The translations under genes were made by a program, and so were the position numbers. A model generated the notes under the pieces. It made no database searches, had not been told where the DNA came from, and saw nothing but the letters and a program-made list of their open reading frames with translations. A DNA stretch of 64,000 bases from a virus. This document shows, one piece after another, positions 39,831 to 47,670 of the stretch (position 1 is the first letter of the stretch; the number at the start of each line of letters is the position of its first letter). The stretch lies in IMG/VR virus record IMGVR_UViG_3300027736_000020, positions 96,001 to 160,000 of that record, one strand, 5' to 3'.

Positions 39831-40457
39831 ATGACAGAGATGATGGTATATGCACAAGTAGGTCCAGTCATTGAATCCACCGCGTGGGTATCTCAACCTG
39901 TCATTGGTGCGACAACAAAATTTTCAATCAAGGTTTCCAGAGATCAAACGCCAATAAACAATGCTGTTGTCACGTTGCAAGTTCGTGACATTGACGAGAG
40001 GATTGTCTATCCATTGAGCAGCACCACGGTAATTCCTACCGCCGTGGTGCACTCTGCCACTTCATTTGCGGTGACTCATTCGACCGCTACACCGTTGTCT
40101 GTCGGATCGTTGGTGACATTCAGCGGATTCAATCCTTCGGGATGGGATGGAACGTACACGGTCGCAGCATCTCCTGCACCTACATCCACAAGCTTTACCG
40201 TTTCAATTACCCGCACTAATCCCGGTGCAATGGTGTTGCTTGGCGTATTGACGATTGGAGCGGGAACAGTAACAGTAGCGAGGGATACACGGTATCCCGG
40301 TCTGTACATGGTCACTCCTTCAGTTACCACTATATTTACTACAGCGGATGGTCTTTACAGGATTTACTGGAATATCTCGGTTCCTTCGGATAGCATCTAT
40401 CCCGCGTCTGTGCTACCATTGACGCAGTTAGCTATTGCGAAGGAACCCGGACCATGA
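39831..40457 (+). CDS. Beta-rich protein, probable virion decoration/tail-associated
   Basis: 208 aa, T/V/S-rich; 'LSVGSLVTFSGFNPSGWDGTYTV...TSFTV' resembles a module common in phage tail/baseplate proteins. Confidence 0.55.
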   Translation: MTEMMVYAQVGPVIESTAWVSQPVIGATTKFSIKVSRDQTPINNAVVTLQVRDIDERIVYPLSSTTVIPTAVVHSATSFAVTHSTATPLSVGSLVTFSGFNPSGWDGTYTVAASPAPTSTSFTVSITRTNPGAMVLLGVLTIGAGTVTVARDTRYPGLYMVTPSVTTIFTTADGLYRIYWNISVPSDSIYPASVLPLTQLAIAKEPGP

Positions 40458-40825
40458 TCGTAACGTTCACCAATCCCGTAAACATGGAAGCTTCATACGT
40501 GGTTGTCAAGAAGGTCAAGCAGGTAAGCTGGGACATGCTCAAGAGCAGCACCTCCCAGTCTTTTCCATGGAAAATCGAGGAAGAGTACGAGTCCTCTTTC
40601 CTTGCCAAGAAGTTCTATGTTTTCCGTGCAAAAGACATCAAGACCAACAAGCCTCTTTGGCTCTCGCTTGGCTACAATCTTCTCGATGCGCCATACTGGA
40701 TTGCCACAGGGCAAAATCAGCACGAGGTATTCCAGAATATGACTTCCATCATCTACGATACGATTACTCATTTCCGTCAATCCTCTTCGTCACTCGAAGA
40801 GTATGATGAGATTCTCCAGAATTGA
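40454..40825 (+). CDS. Hypothetical protein
   Basis: 123 aa, ATGA overlap. Confidence 0.7.
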   Translation: MIVTFTNPVNMEASYVVVKKVKQVSWDMLKSSTSQSFPWKIEEEYESSFLAKKFYVFRAKDIKTNKPLWLSLGYNLLDAPYWIATGQNQHEVFQNMTSIIYDTITHFRQSSSSLEEYDEILQN

Positions 40826-40833
40826 TCATTCTG

Positions 40834-40909
40834 GCAAGGGTAGCTCAGTTGGTAGAGCTTCTGCCTTCCAAGCAGATTGTCGCGGGTTCGAGCCCCGTCC
40901 CTTGCTCCA
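40834..40909 (+). tRNA. tRNA-Gly(TCC)
   Basis: Acceptor GCAAGGG/CCCTTGC, anticodon loop CT-TCC-AA, TTCG T-loop, encoded CCA. Confidence 0.95.
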
Positions 40910-40910
40910 T

Positions 40911-40987
40911 GGCCTCGTAGCTCAGTGGACTAGAGCTCTCGCCTTCTAAGCGAGTGGTCGCAAGTTCGAATCTTGCCGGGGTCACCA
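40911..40987 (+). tRNA. tRNA-Arg(TCT)
   Basis: Cloverleaf; CTCGC-CTTCTAA-GCGAG anticodon arm; CCA. Confidence 0.95.
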
Positions 40988-41015
40988 TTTTGGAAACGTC
41001 AAAGGAGGACAAAGA

Positions 41016-41093
41016 ATGCTGACTGGCGGATTTATGGTATTGTTATGTTTGTCGGTTTTTTTCCTTTGGTGGCTCGCCGCCGGGAAAAAATAA
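41016..41093 (+). CDS. 25 aa hydrophobic micropeptide
   Basis: AAAGGAGG upstream; MLTGGFMVLLCLSVFFLWWLAAGKK. Confidence 0.6.
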   Translation: MLTGGFMVLLCLSVFFLWWLAAGKK

Positions 41094-41097
41094 GTAG

Positions 41098-41169
41098 TCC
41101 CTGATAGCTCAACGGTGGAGCGCTCGGCTGTTAACCGATAGGTTCGAGGTTCGAATCCTCGTCAGGGAG
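41098..41169 (+). tRNA. tRNA-Asn(GTT), no encoded CCA
   Basis: TCCCTGA/TCAGGGA acceptor, CT-GTT-AA loop, TTCGAAT T-loop. Confidence 0.92.
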
Positions 41170-41181
41170 CTAGGAGGAATC

Positions 41182-41268
41182 ATGTTGTTTTTCTTGTTGT
41201 TTTATGTTCTTCTGATGTACATATTGTTGACAGCTTGGCTTTTCAGGTCTGCAAGAGGAAAATATTGA
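41182..41268 (+). CDS. 28 aa hydrophobic micropeptide
   Basis: AGGAGG upstream; MLFFLLFYVLLMYILLTAWLFRSARGKY. Confidence 0.6.
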   Translation: MLFFLLFYVLLMYILLTAWLFRSARGKY

Positions 41269-41570
41269 AAATCTACGTTGCAAAATTCTGGGCGCAAAAA
41301 CACAATGATCGTCGTTGGACTGACTGCGGATATCATTACTCGTTGACGCCTTGGTCGTATGACACAAACATTGATGAGATGCAAGAAGGGTGGATGATTG
41401 AACCCTTCCATTCGATTGATGTAGAGGAGAATGAAGTTGGAAACTATCACATCGAAGAAAGTAATGTTTCCGGAGAAGAAACCATCATCAAGTCCGGTCG
41501 AGATCTCATTCTCCGGCTTGAGCAGCGACGTATTCAATCACATTATTCAGAACAGGTACGAAATTTTTGA
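41265..41570 (+). CDS. Hypothetical protein
   Basis: Probable TTG start overlapping the upstream stop; frame of ORF-track 41235..41570. Confidence 0.5.
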   Translation: MKIYVAKFWAQKHNDRRWTDCGYHYSLTPWSYDTNIDEMQEGWMIEPFHSIDVEENEVGNYHIEESNVSGEETIIKSGRDLILRLEQRRIQSHYSEQVRNF

Positions 41571-41714
41571 GAAATTCTTTTATGAGCATAGACTTGCGCG
41601 ATTCGAACGAATTGACTGGACGTATGCAGTAAAGGAAAAAATACTTGTGTTGAGGTTGTTTGAAGAAGTGCCCGGTGGCCTTACAACTGAAGCCCAAGAC
41701 GTATAATTGAATAT

Positions 41715-41790
41715 GCCGCTGTAGCTCAGGGGTTAGAGTAGCTGTTTTGTAAACAGCGGGTCGTGGGTTCGAATCCCACTGGCGGCTCCA
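41715..41790 (+). tRNA. tRNA-Thr(TGT)
   Basis: GCCGCTG/TGGCGGC acceptor, GCTGT-TTTGTAA-ACAGC, CCA. Confidence 0.95.
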
Positions 41791-41955
41791 TGAAAATAAA
41801 AGGATGCTAAAAGGTGTTTGTAACAATGGTGTATGAATCATGGACAGGATCGTGGTACATGTGGAGCAATGATGTCCCGCGGATGCGCATGGATATCAAT
41901 GAGGATCCGGATTTATTTCACATGGATATTACTGGAATCAAGAAGGTTTCCTGTC

Positions 41956-42084
41956 ATGAGTGAAGAGCTACAGTATTTGCAATTTGGAATTACTTTACTG
42001 AACACATTCATGTTAATGTCAGTATTTTACATGCTATACACCATAGGTATGAACAACAGGAGGGGACCAAGAAATGGACACTGA
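41956..42084 (+). CDS. 42 aa single-TM micropeptide
   Basis: MSEELQYLQFGITLLNTFMLMSVFYMLYTIGMNNRRGPRNGH; AGAAGG upstream. Confidence 0.5.
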   Translation: MSEELQYLQFGITLLNTFMLMSVFYMLYTIGMNNRRGPRNGH

Positions 42085-42703
42085 TCGGGAAATTGGTTTG
42101 CGATTCATGCTGTTGGGCAGCGCAGGATCGGGCAAAGACACCATGGCTAACCTGTTGATCAGGAAAATTGGCAATTGTCACATTCTTTCGTTTGCAGCTC
42201 CTGTCAAGCGCATGACAGGCAAGATGATTCGTTATATTTCCGATGATGAAAATCTTGGGCTTGTGCAAAAAATGGAGCAAATGACAGATGTGCAATACAG
42301 GGAATTCATGCGTCATTTCTGGCAGTGGTTTGGAACGGAAGTTGGCCGCAAAACCATTGGAGAGGATTTCTGGATCAACAAACTCAGGGATTCCATCGAA
42401 GATATTGAGACGGCGTATCCACCAACTGATGGCATGATTCCTGCATTTGTTGTTACCGATTGCAGATTTGCCAATGAGCATCAATGGGGAATTGACAACG
42501 GATTTGTTATCGTGAGAATTTCCGGAGACTGGAGACAGTCAGGAGGCATTCCCAATCATTCAAGTGAAATTTCTCACATTACGCTTAAAGAGCATCTTTA
42601 TTTCTCAAACAACGGTACAATAAAGGAAATGGAAAACTGGATTGATGAAGTTCTTGTTCCGTTTGCTCGTGAGTACAAAATAGTAAGGAAAAAAGATGCA
42701 TGA
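42074..42703 (+). CDS. Deoxynucleoside monophosphate kinase (T4 gp1-like)
   Basis: P-loop 'GSAGSGKDT', 'SFAAPVK', 'QWFGTEVGR', 'DFWI', 'VTDCRFANE'. Confidence 0.85.
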   Translation: MDTDREIGLRFMLLGSAGSGKDTMANLLIRKIGNCHILSFAAPVKRMTGKMIRYISDDENLGLVQKMEQMTDVQYREFMRHFWQWFGTEVGRKTIGEDFWINKLRDSIEDIETAYPPTDGMIPAFVVTDCRFANEHQWGIDNGFVIVRISGDWRQSGGIPNHSSEISHITLKEHLYFSNNGTIKEMENWIDEVLVPFAREYKIVRKKDA

Positions 42704-42782
42704 TGATCAAGTTTCCGCCATATTCGGTGCAACAAGACTGCTTGTCTTCGCCCTGTCGCTCATCCTGCTAAGATTCTGGTGA
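42696..42782 (+). CDS. 28 aa hydrophobic micropeptide
   Basis: MHDDQVSAIFGATRLLVFALSLILLRFW; AAGGA upstream; overlaps the kinase stop. Confidence 0.45.
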   Translation: MHDDQVSAIFGATRLLVFALSLILLRFW

Positions 42783-42795
42783 AAGGATTACGAAA

Positions 42796-43014
42796 ATGAA
42801 TCAGGTTGTTGCTCCTCCTCCAGTCAAGCTTCCGGACATTGCCATCCCAGATTTGTACGACGACGATCCGTTGATTCCAACAGAAGAGGACGAGGAGTTG
42901 TTTGACTGGGATGAGGTTCTCAAGGGAATCCAATCAGATTTGGATGATGAGGAACCACAGGAAGTAGGTGCCGGGAGCGGGACTCGAACCCGCACGGGGA
43001 ATATCCCCTCCTGA
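42796..43014 (+). CDS. Acidic hypothetical protein whose 3' end is antisense to tRNA-Leu
   Basis: 72 aa, D/E-rich; the last ~15 codons overlap the minus-strand tRNA. Confidence 0.55.
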   Translation: MNQVVAPPPVKLPDIAIPDLYDDDPLIPTEEDEELFDWDEVLKGIQSDLDDEEPQEVGAGSGTRTRTGNIPS

Positions 43015-43052
43015 TTTTAAGTCAGGTATGTCTGCCATTTCATCATCCCGGC
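42969..43052 (-). tRNA. tRNA-Leu(TAA)
   Basis: GCCGGGA/TCCCGGC acceptor, CCTGA-CTTAAAA-TCAGG, long variable arm GGGGATATTCCCC. Confidence 0.93.
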
Positions 43053-43056
43053 TGGG

Positions 43057-43128
43057 CTGGGGCACTAGGATTCGAACCTAGGAATGCCGGATTCAAAGTC
43101 CGGAGCCTTACCACTTGGCGACACCCCA
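43057..43128 (-). tRNA. tRNA-Gln(TTG)
   Basis: TGGGGTG/TGCCCCA acceptor, CCGGA-CTTTGAA-TCCGG, TTCGAAT T-loop. Confidence 0.93.
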
Positions 43129-43139
43129 TCGCTCACCAT

Positions 43140-43167
43140 ATGATACAGTATTCCTAGGAAAGGTCAA
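43140..43167 (-). promoter_or_regulatory. Sigma70-like promoter TTGACC-N16-TATCAT for the inverted tRNA pair
   Basis: -10 ends 11 nt before the 5' end of tRNA-Gln. Confidence 0.6.
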
Positions 43168-43169
43168 TC

Positions 43170-43274
43170 ATGAGCGAAGAACAGAAGAAATTGAGTCCCG
43201 GAGTTCCGTACCCCAAGCCCGAGAAAAAGGTCAAGAAGAACAAGGGCTTCAAGGGCAGCAAGGAAGGCAAGTAG
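43170..43274 (+). CDS. 34 aa basic micropeptide
   Basis: MSEEQKKLSPGVPYPKPEKKVKKNKGFKGSKEGK; AGGAAAGG upstream; stop abuts the next ATG. Confidence 0.55.
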   Translation: MSEEQKKLSPGVPYPKPEKKVKKNKGFKGSKEGK

Positions 43275-43574
43275 ATGTATCTCAATGAGAATCTTCGAAA
43301 ATTTTTTCATGGAGAAAAGGGAGCCATTGCGAACAAGATTCGCAATGAGCATCAGACAAAGGCAATCATCGTCCTTCCCATCAAGCCGCAGAAACGCATT
43401 CATTTCTTCCTGAAGACCAAGCGTGTCCTCGCTCAGCCCAAGTATGCGTTGCGTTTTCACAAGAACATGTCTTCCGAAGCTCGCGAGGTCGTTCTGAAGT
43501 ACCTCAAGAAGTGGCGTTCAAAAGGAAGCGTTGAAACTTTCTCGACAATCGGGAATATCCTGAGAACATTTTAA
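43275..43574 (+). CDS. Hypothetical basic protein
   Basis: 99 aa ORF in operon. Confidence 0.65.
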   Translation: MYLNENLRKFFHGEKGAIANKIRNEHQTKAIIVLPIKPQKRIHFFLKTKRVLAQPKYALRFHKNMSSEAREVVLKYLKKWRSKGSVETFSTIGNILRTF

Positions 43575-43575
43575 C

Positions 43576-43998
43576 ATGAAAAGCTACATTGACTTGTATG
43601 AATCTATTCATGAAGATGGTCATCTTGTCGGTGTAGCAAGAAACGAAGAGTTTTCAACGGGAACATTTTACCCTCAGTTGTACAAGCATATCGAAAAGCT
43701 TGGAGAGGAACGTTCTTTCACGTTTGAGTCATTCGGATACCTTGTCTACGATTTTCCCGGATACAGCATCTTGGATCATCGTAAGGCAGGGCTTCCGGGT
43801 GAGTACGTTTCTCGCCCTGATAGGGATCCAAGTATGCTTCCGTTGGAATGGAGGCATTTGGCTGTTGCCAATCCCATGTTTTCCCACCGTGATCACTATT
43901 CTGGATTCATTCATCCCTCAGATAAATTGTTCATAAAAATATTGGAAAATCCACAATCTGCTGAAGGACATTATTTCATTTTTGGAGAAACCAGATAA
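43576..43998 (+). CDS. Hypothetical protein
   Basis: 140 aa ORF in operon. Confidence 0.65.
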   Translation: MKSYIDLYESIHEDGHLVGVARNEEFSTGTFYPQLYKHIEKLGEERSFTFESFGYLVYDFPGYSILDHRKAGLPGEYVSRPDRDPSMLPLEWRHLAVANPMFSHRDHYSGFIHPSDKLFIKILENPQSAEGHYFIFGETR

Positions 43999-44025
43999 TT
44001 CTGGTACAGTAGATTCGTTCAGCAA

Positions 44026-44097
44026 GGTCCTGTGGCGCAATGGTAGCGCAAGAGACTTTTAATCTTTTGGTTGTGGGTTCGACTCCCACTGGGACCA
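44026..44097 (+). tRNA. tRNA-Lys(TTT)
   Basis: GGTCCTG/TGGGACC acceptor, AGAGA-CTTTTAA-TCTTT; followed by CCG, not CCA. Confidence 0.92.
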
Positions 44098-44112
44098 CCG
44101 TAAGGATATGTC

Positions 44113-44364
44113 ATGATCGAGTTTTCCATCAAAAAGGTTGCATATAAACATAAGAAAAATACCAAAGCGGAAACAACGGTGTTGGCTTTGGACTTGACGG
44201 AAAAAGAGGTCGAGAAAATATTGGAAACGGTGGTTCCCGGAAATTCCAAAGAACTTAGGGAATCATTATTTGCTGCCATTTCCGAATCAATCTTTTCGCG
44301 TGCAGAAAAAGCCATTGGCGAAGAGATTGCCAATGGAGAAATCTGGATGCGTATTCGTGCCTGA
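44113..44364 (+). CDS. Hypothetical protein
   Basis: 83 aa, AAGGA upstream. Confidence 0.6.
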   Translation: MIEFSIKKVAYKHKKNTKAETTVLALDLTEKEVEKILETVVPGNSKELRESLFAAISESIFSRAEKAIGEEIANGEIWMRIRA

Positions 44365-44770
44365 CAAGGTTACGTGGAGAATTGGCGGATTAAGATCCGC
44401 ATCTGTTGGTTCTGCTTGGATTTCTTCAGAAGGACGAACAGGATTTTATCGTGGCAACCGCAAAATTGAAGAACCCAATCCTTTGAGCAAGGCATTCAGG
44501 CAATATTTTGCAGAAGGATTGAACGCTAAAGTTGATGCCGTTCCGGGTTCTTTTGACAATCATGATGATTTGATTGATCAGATAATTCAGCAATCTGACG
44601 CCATGACAGAAAATTGTCTGGTAACTTTTTTTGTTCCCGCAGAATTTTGGTGTCCCGTTCACTGGTTCTTGCTCGACTGCAGACATCGACTGACTCCTCG
44701 CGAATCATGGCTCGTGGAGTCCAATGTCGATGCGCTTCGTCCGTCTGGTATGATCTTGACGGATGACTGA
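44333..44770 (+). CDS. Hypothetical protein
   Basis: Frame of ORF-track 44270..44770; start uncertain (ATG 44333 or a GTG downstream). Confidence 0.55.
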   Translation: MEKSGCVFVPDKVTWRIGGLRSASVGSAWISSEGRTGFYRGNRKIEEPNPLSKAFRQYFAEGLNAKVDAVPGSFDNHDDLIDQIIQQSDAMTENCLVTFFVPAEFWCPVHWFLLDCRHRLTPRESWLVESNVDALRPSGMILTDD

Positions 44771-44778
44771 ATTCACGG

Positions 44779-44853
44779 CGGCCCGTAGCTCAGTGGTTAG
44801 AGCACGATCTTATAAATACGAGGTCATGGGTCCAATTCCCATCGGGCCTACCA
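44779..44853 (+). tRNA. Atypical tRNA-Ile(TAT), possibly degenerate
   Basis: D-arm GCTC/GAGC, loop CT-TAT-AA, CCA. C1:U72 mismatch, bulged anticodon stem (CGAT/ATACG) and T-loop TCCAATT. Confidence 0.65.
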
Positions 44854-44872
44854 TTCAGCAAAAAGGAATATT

Positions 44873-45151
44873 TTGATGCCAGCGATCAAAATTGAGAATA
44901 TCATTTGGAGTGTCAACACAGAAGTCAGCGAAGAAGAGTATGCTACTTTCCCATTGGAGGCAATTGTTGACATACACGAGAGTTATTATCTTCAAGAACC
45001 TATTGAGTCAATTATTCACAATGTCCTTGAAAGTTACACTAATATTCCAGCAAAAAGTTTTGATTTCAGTGTGGTCATGAGAAATGGTCCGGTACTAAAG
45101 TATTTCAAGAATCGTGAAAATACGCTGGCATTTTCCGGGCCGCTTTGGTAA
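44873..45151 (+). CDS. Hypothetical protein
   Basis: 92 aa, AAGGA upstream, TTG start. Confidence 0.6.
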   Translation: MMPAIKIENIIWSVNTEVSEEEYATFPLEAIVDIHESYYLQEPIESIIHNVLESYTNIPAKSFDFSVVMRNGPVLKYFKNRENTLAFSGPLW

Positions 45152-45159
45152 TAGTTTGC

Positions 45160-45232
45160 GGACCCATAGCTCAGCGGTTAGAGCATCTCTCTCATAAAGA
45201 GCAGGCCGCAGGTTCAAATCCTGCTGGGTCTA
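45160..45232 (+). tRNA. tRNA with CAT anticodon (Ile2-like or elongator Met)
   Basis: GGACCCA/TGGGTCT acceptor, CT-CAT-AA loop; lacks the initiator GGG/CCC anticodon stem. Confidence 0.88.
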
Positions 45233-45243
45233 CCCAATCACCC

Positions 45244-45603
45244 ATGCGAAGGAAATGTCATTCAGTGCAGAAAGAACAAAGCGAACATGACAAAATTTGC
45301 GACTTCATTGATGAGCATTACCCTGCTCACAATGAGGAAGAAGGCAATGGAATTCTTCTTGCCGACGGATTTGAGAAGGCATTCATCGGCGTTGGCGCTG
45401 CATATTATAATCCACCTTGCGCCGTGTATGACTACGATAAATGCATTGAGATCCTTATCGATGGTGGTGTGAGTACGTACGAGGAGGCAGTGGAATATTT
45501 CGAGTTCAATGTCGTAGGCGCATATGTTGGCCCTCAGACTCCCATATTCATGCGGAAATTTGAGGAAGTAGAAAAGTTTTCCTTGTTTGAGAAAGAAAAT
45601 TAA
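45244..45603 (+). CDS. Conserved phage hypothetical protein
   Basis: 'LADGFEKAFIGV...AVYDYDKCIEIL...EEAVEYFEFNVVGAYVGPQTPIF' resembles a widespread uncharacterised phage family; start placed after the tRNA. Confidence 0.7.
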   Translation: MRRKCHSVQKEQSEHDKICDFIDEHYPAHNEEEGNGILLADGFEKAFIGVGAAYYNPPCAVYDYDKCIEILIDGGVSTYEEAVEYFEFNVVGAYVGPQTPIFMRKFEEVEKFSLFEKEN

Positions 45604-46160
45604 TGAACAGGTTTATTCTTGATGCCGATCCAACCGTTTCTGCTCAATATCACAACGACAAACATGTCGTCAAGATGATTCTTGAAGAGGCACAGATGCT
45701 AAGTACTGCGCATCGTGTGCTTGATGGCATTGCAACCACTGTTGTTTCTTTGACAGGAAGGAAAAGTACGCAGTACGTGCTTGAGTCCAAGATGGACGAA
45801 GTGTTCTACAAGGCAACACATATCAATCATCCTTGCAATGCTTGGGTTAGGGAAACCTCTGAAAATTATCAATGGGGGTATTCTCTTCTTGTTTCACTTT
45901 TTGCGGAATACACGCATCGGTATGGAAAAATTCATGCAACTGAAAATATTGCGTGGGCGCTGAAGCATCAGCCTCGAAATATTCTTTCAGGACCAATGAC
46001 TTCATTTCCTCAAGCAATGCCTGATGAATGCAAGCATATTTCTGATCCCGTTGCGGCTTATCAGAAATACTACGTACTTCACAAGCATTCGATTGGACAC
46101 TGGACTAAGAGGGAAACTCCCTCGTTTTTCCTCAACGCAACGGAAAACTATGTGATATGA
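45603..46160 (+). CDS. Pyrimidine-dimer DNA glycosylase (DenV-like) family protein
   Basis: 'MNRFILD...AQYHNDKHVVKMILEEAQMLST...YKATHINHPC..W...NYQW...EYTHRYGKIH...PQAMPDE'. Confidence 0.75.
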   Translation: MNRFILDADPTVSAQYHNDKHVVKMILEEAQMLSTAHRVLDGIATTVVSLTGRKSTQYVLESKMDEVFYKATHINHPCNAWVRETSENYQWGYSLLVSLFAEYTHRYGKIHATENIAWALKHQPRNILSGPMTSFPQAMPDECKHISDPVAAYQKYYVLHKHSIGHWTKRETPSFFLNATENYVI

Positions 46161-46375
46161 TTAGCTTGAAATCAGAAGAATACATTGGGTCAGTTTGGAA
46201 GACAAAGACAAAAGCCCATTATGGAAGACTTCGACAAATTGTGGGATTCAACAAAAACAGTACGTCAGTGCGGGTAAAGGAACAAGGCAAGATCACTCGT
46301 CAACATGCGAGTGTCATTTACTCTATCAACGTTGAAGTATTTGTTCGGGAACATGATTTGATAAGGAAAAAATAA
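46157..46375 (+). CDS. Small basic hypothetical protein
   Basis: 72 aa, ATGA overlap. Confidence 0.6.
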   Translation: MISLKSEEYIGSVWKTKTKAHYGRLRQIVGFNKNSTSVRVKEQGKITRQHASVIYSINVEVFVREHDLIRKK

Positions 46376-46376
46376 T

Positions 46377-46919
46377 ATGGCTAACACCGAAGGTCCATCA
46401 TTGTTTTTGAGCGAAACAATGCAAAACGAATTGCAGGAAATCGATCAGATGATTTCCTACATCGTTCTTGAGCACGATCAGCTTGCCAAGGCTGTTCGTG
46501 CAGTCATTCCCAATGAAGAGCCTCATGTCATTGTATTGAACGAGATACTTGAGTGGCTTCGCATTGCGCGTGCAGCAAGAATTGGTGACCTTCGGTACAG
46601 GCGTGATATGGTGCTTCCGTATACCAATCAGCAGATCGAGGAAATTTCTCTTGACGAATACATGTTCGAGACTCCTGTTGACATGGAAAGTCTTCTTCGT
46701 CGAAGGCTTGACTCAATCGCACAAGAGAAAGAAAATTTAATTGAATTACCCGTTCAGGTATCGGCAATCCAGATACCCGAGCCAGTCGTTGAATCTGTGG
46801 AGGAATATCATGTACAGGCCCCCGTAACGAAAATGAGTGTCCCTGATTGGGTTCCCATTTCAGCAATTGCAGCCGTAGTGAGTTTGGTTGTTTCCATTCT
46901 TGCGTCATTTGTTCGTTAG
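46377..46919 (+). CDS. Helical protein with C-terminal membrane anchor
   Basis: 180 aa; ends 'ISAIAAVVSLVVSILASFVR'. Confidence 0.7.
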   Translation: MANTEGPSLFLSETMQNELQEIDQMISYIVLEHDQLAKAVRAVIPNEEPHVIVLNEILEWLRIARAARIGDLRYRRDMVLPYTNQQIEEISLDEYMFETPVDMESLLRRRLDSIAQEKENLIELPVQVSAIQIPEPVVESVEEYHVQAPVTKMSVPDWVPISAIAAVVSLVVSILASFVR

Positions 46920-46929
46920 GAGAAAAAAA

Positions 46930-47670
46930 ATGCAGAGCAGTCTCACACTTTCGTTGAAGCTTCGAAAGAAGCTTGGCGAAACCGCAGATCCGTCACATTT
47001 TGCGCCAATCAATATTGATGCGCTTGCAAGGGAATTCAATACGTCGAGCACAAGGGTGTTGCGTGCAGCACGTGATCTTGAGCGGAAGACAAAGGAAATT
47101 CGTCGTCATTATGATACGAGTGGAAAGCTTTTTGCTGCTCGATTGCTCCCTCAATTTTTTGTGAGATATGACTGGACCGTCAATCCCAATGAAACGTCTA
47201 CCAGAAAGGAAAAAACAGCCGTGAACAACAATGATCATGTCGACCCCGTACTGAATTCAGTGAGGAATCCCTTTGACAGTCAGAATCGTGTGAATGCTTA
47301 CGTTCGTCCGTCACTGGATAATAATTCCGAGAACAACATTCCTAATCATAACCACAAGAAACCATTTTCTTCTGTGGATCTGTCGTTGCGAGCAGACACC
47401 AATGGTGGTGGGACAACGTACACAGGCATGAACAGCACTATCAAGGCTCCCATGGAAGTTACCATCAGCGATATGTTGCCGATCATCAGTCAGTACTCAT
47501 CGGTGCTCTCCACAACCCTTTCCTTGCTCAAGGAGCCGCCGCAGATTGATCCTGCTGCGCAGACGTTGGTGCGGGAGGCACTCCGTGCACACGAAGCATT
47601 GAAACTTGCGTATTCATTGCTTCCTCCAGAGCATCGCTCACGAGTTCTTGCCACACTGCGTGGTATTTGA
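46930..47670 (+). CDS. Putative HTH DNA-binding protein
   Basis: AGGAG upstream of ATG 46930; 'INIDALAREFNTSSTRVLRAARDLE' HTH-like; N-rich linker. Confidence 0.6.
   Translation: MQSSLTLSLKLRKKLGETADPSHFAPINIDALAREFNTSSTRVLRAARDLERKTKEIRRHYDTSGKLFAARLLPQFFVRYDWTVNPNETSTRKEKTAVNNNDHVDPVLNSVRNPFDSQNRVNAYVRPSLDNNSENNIPNHNHKKPFSSVDLSLRADTNGGGTTYTGMNSTIKAPMEVTISDMLPIISQYSSVLSTTLSLLKEPPQIDPAAQTLVREALRAHEALKLAYSLLPPEHRSRVLATLRGI

Noticed and set aside
41431-41706. Programmed frameshift joining the 41265-41570 ORF to the overlapping downstream frame
   Set aside because: Only a short T5 run at the junction, with no canonical slippery heptamer or downstream structure. It cannot be told apart from a spurious overlap or a sequencing error.
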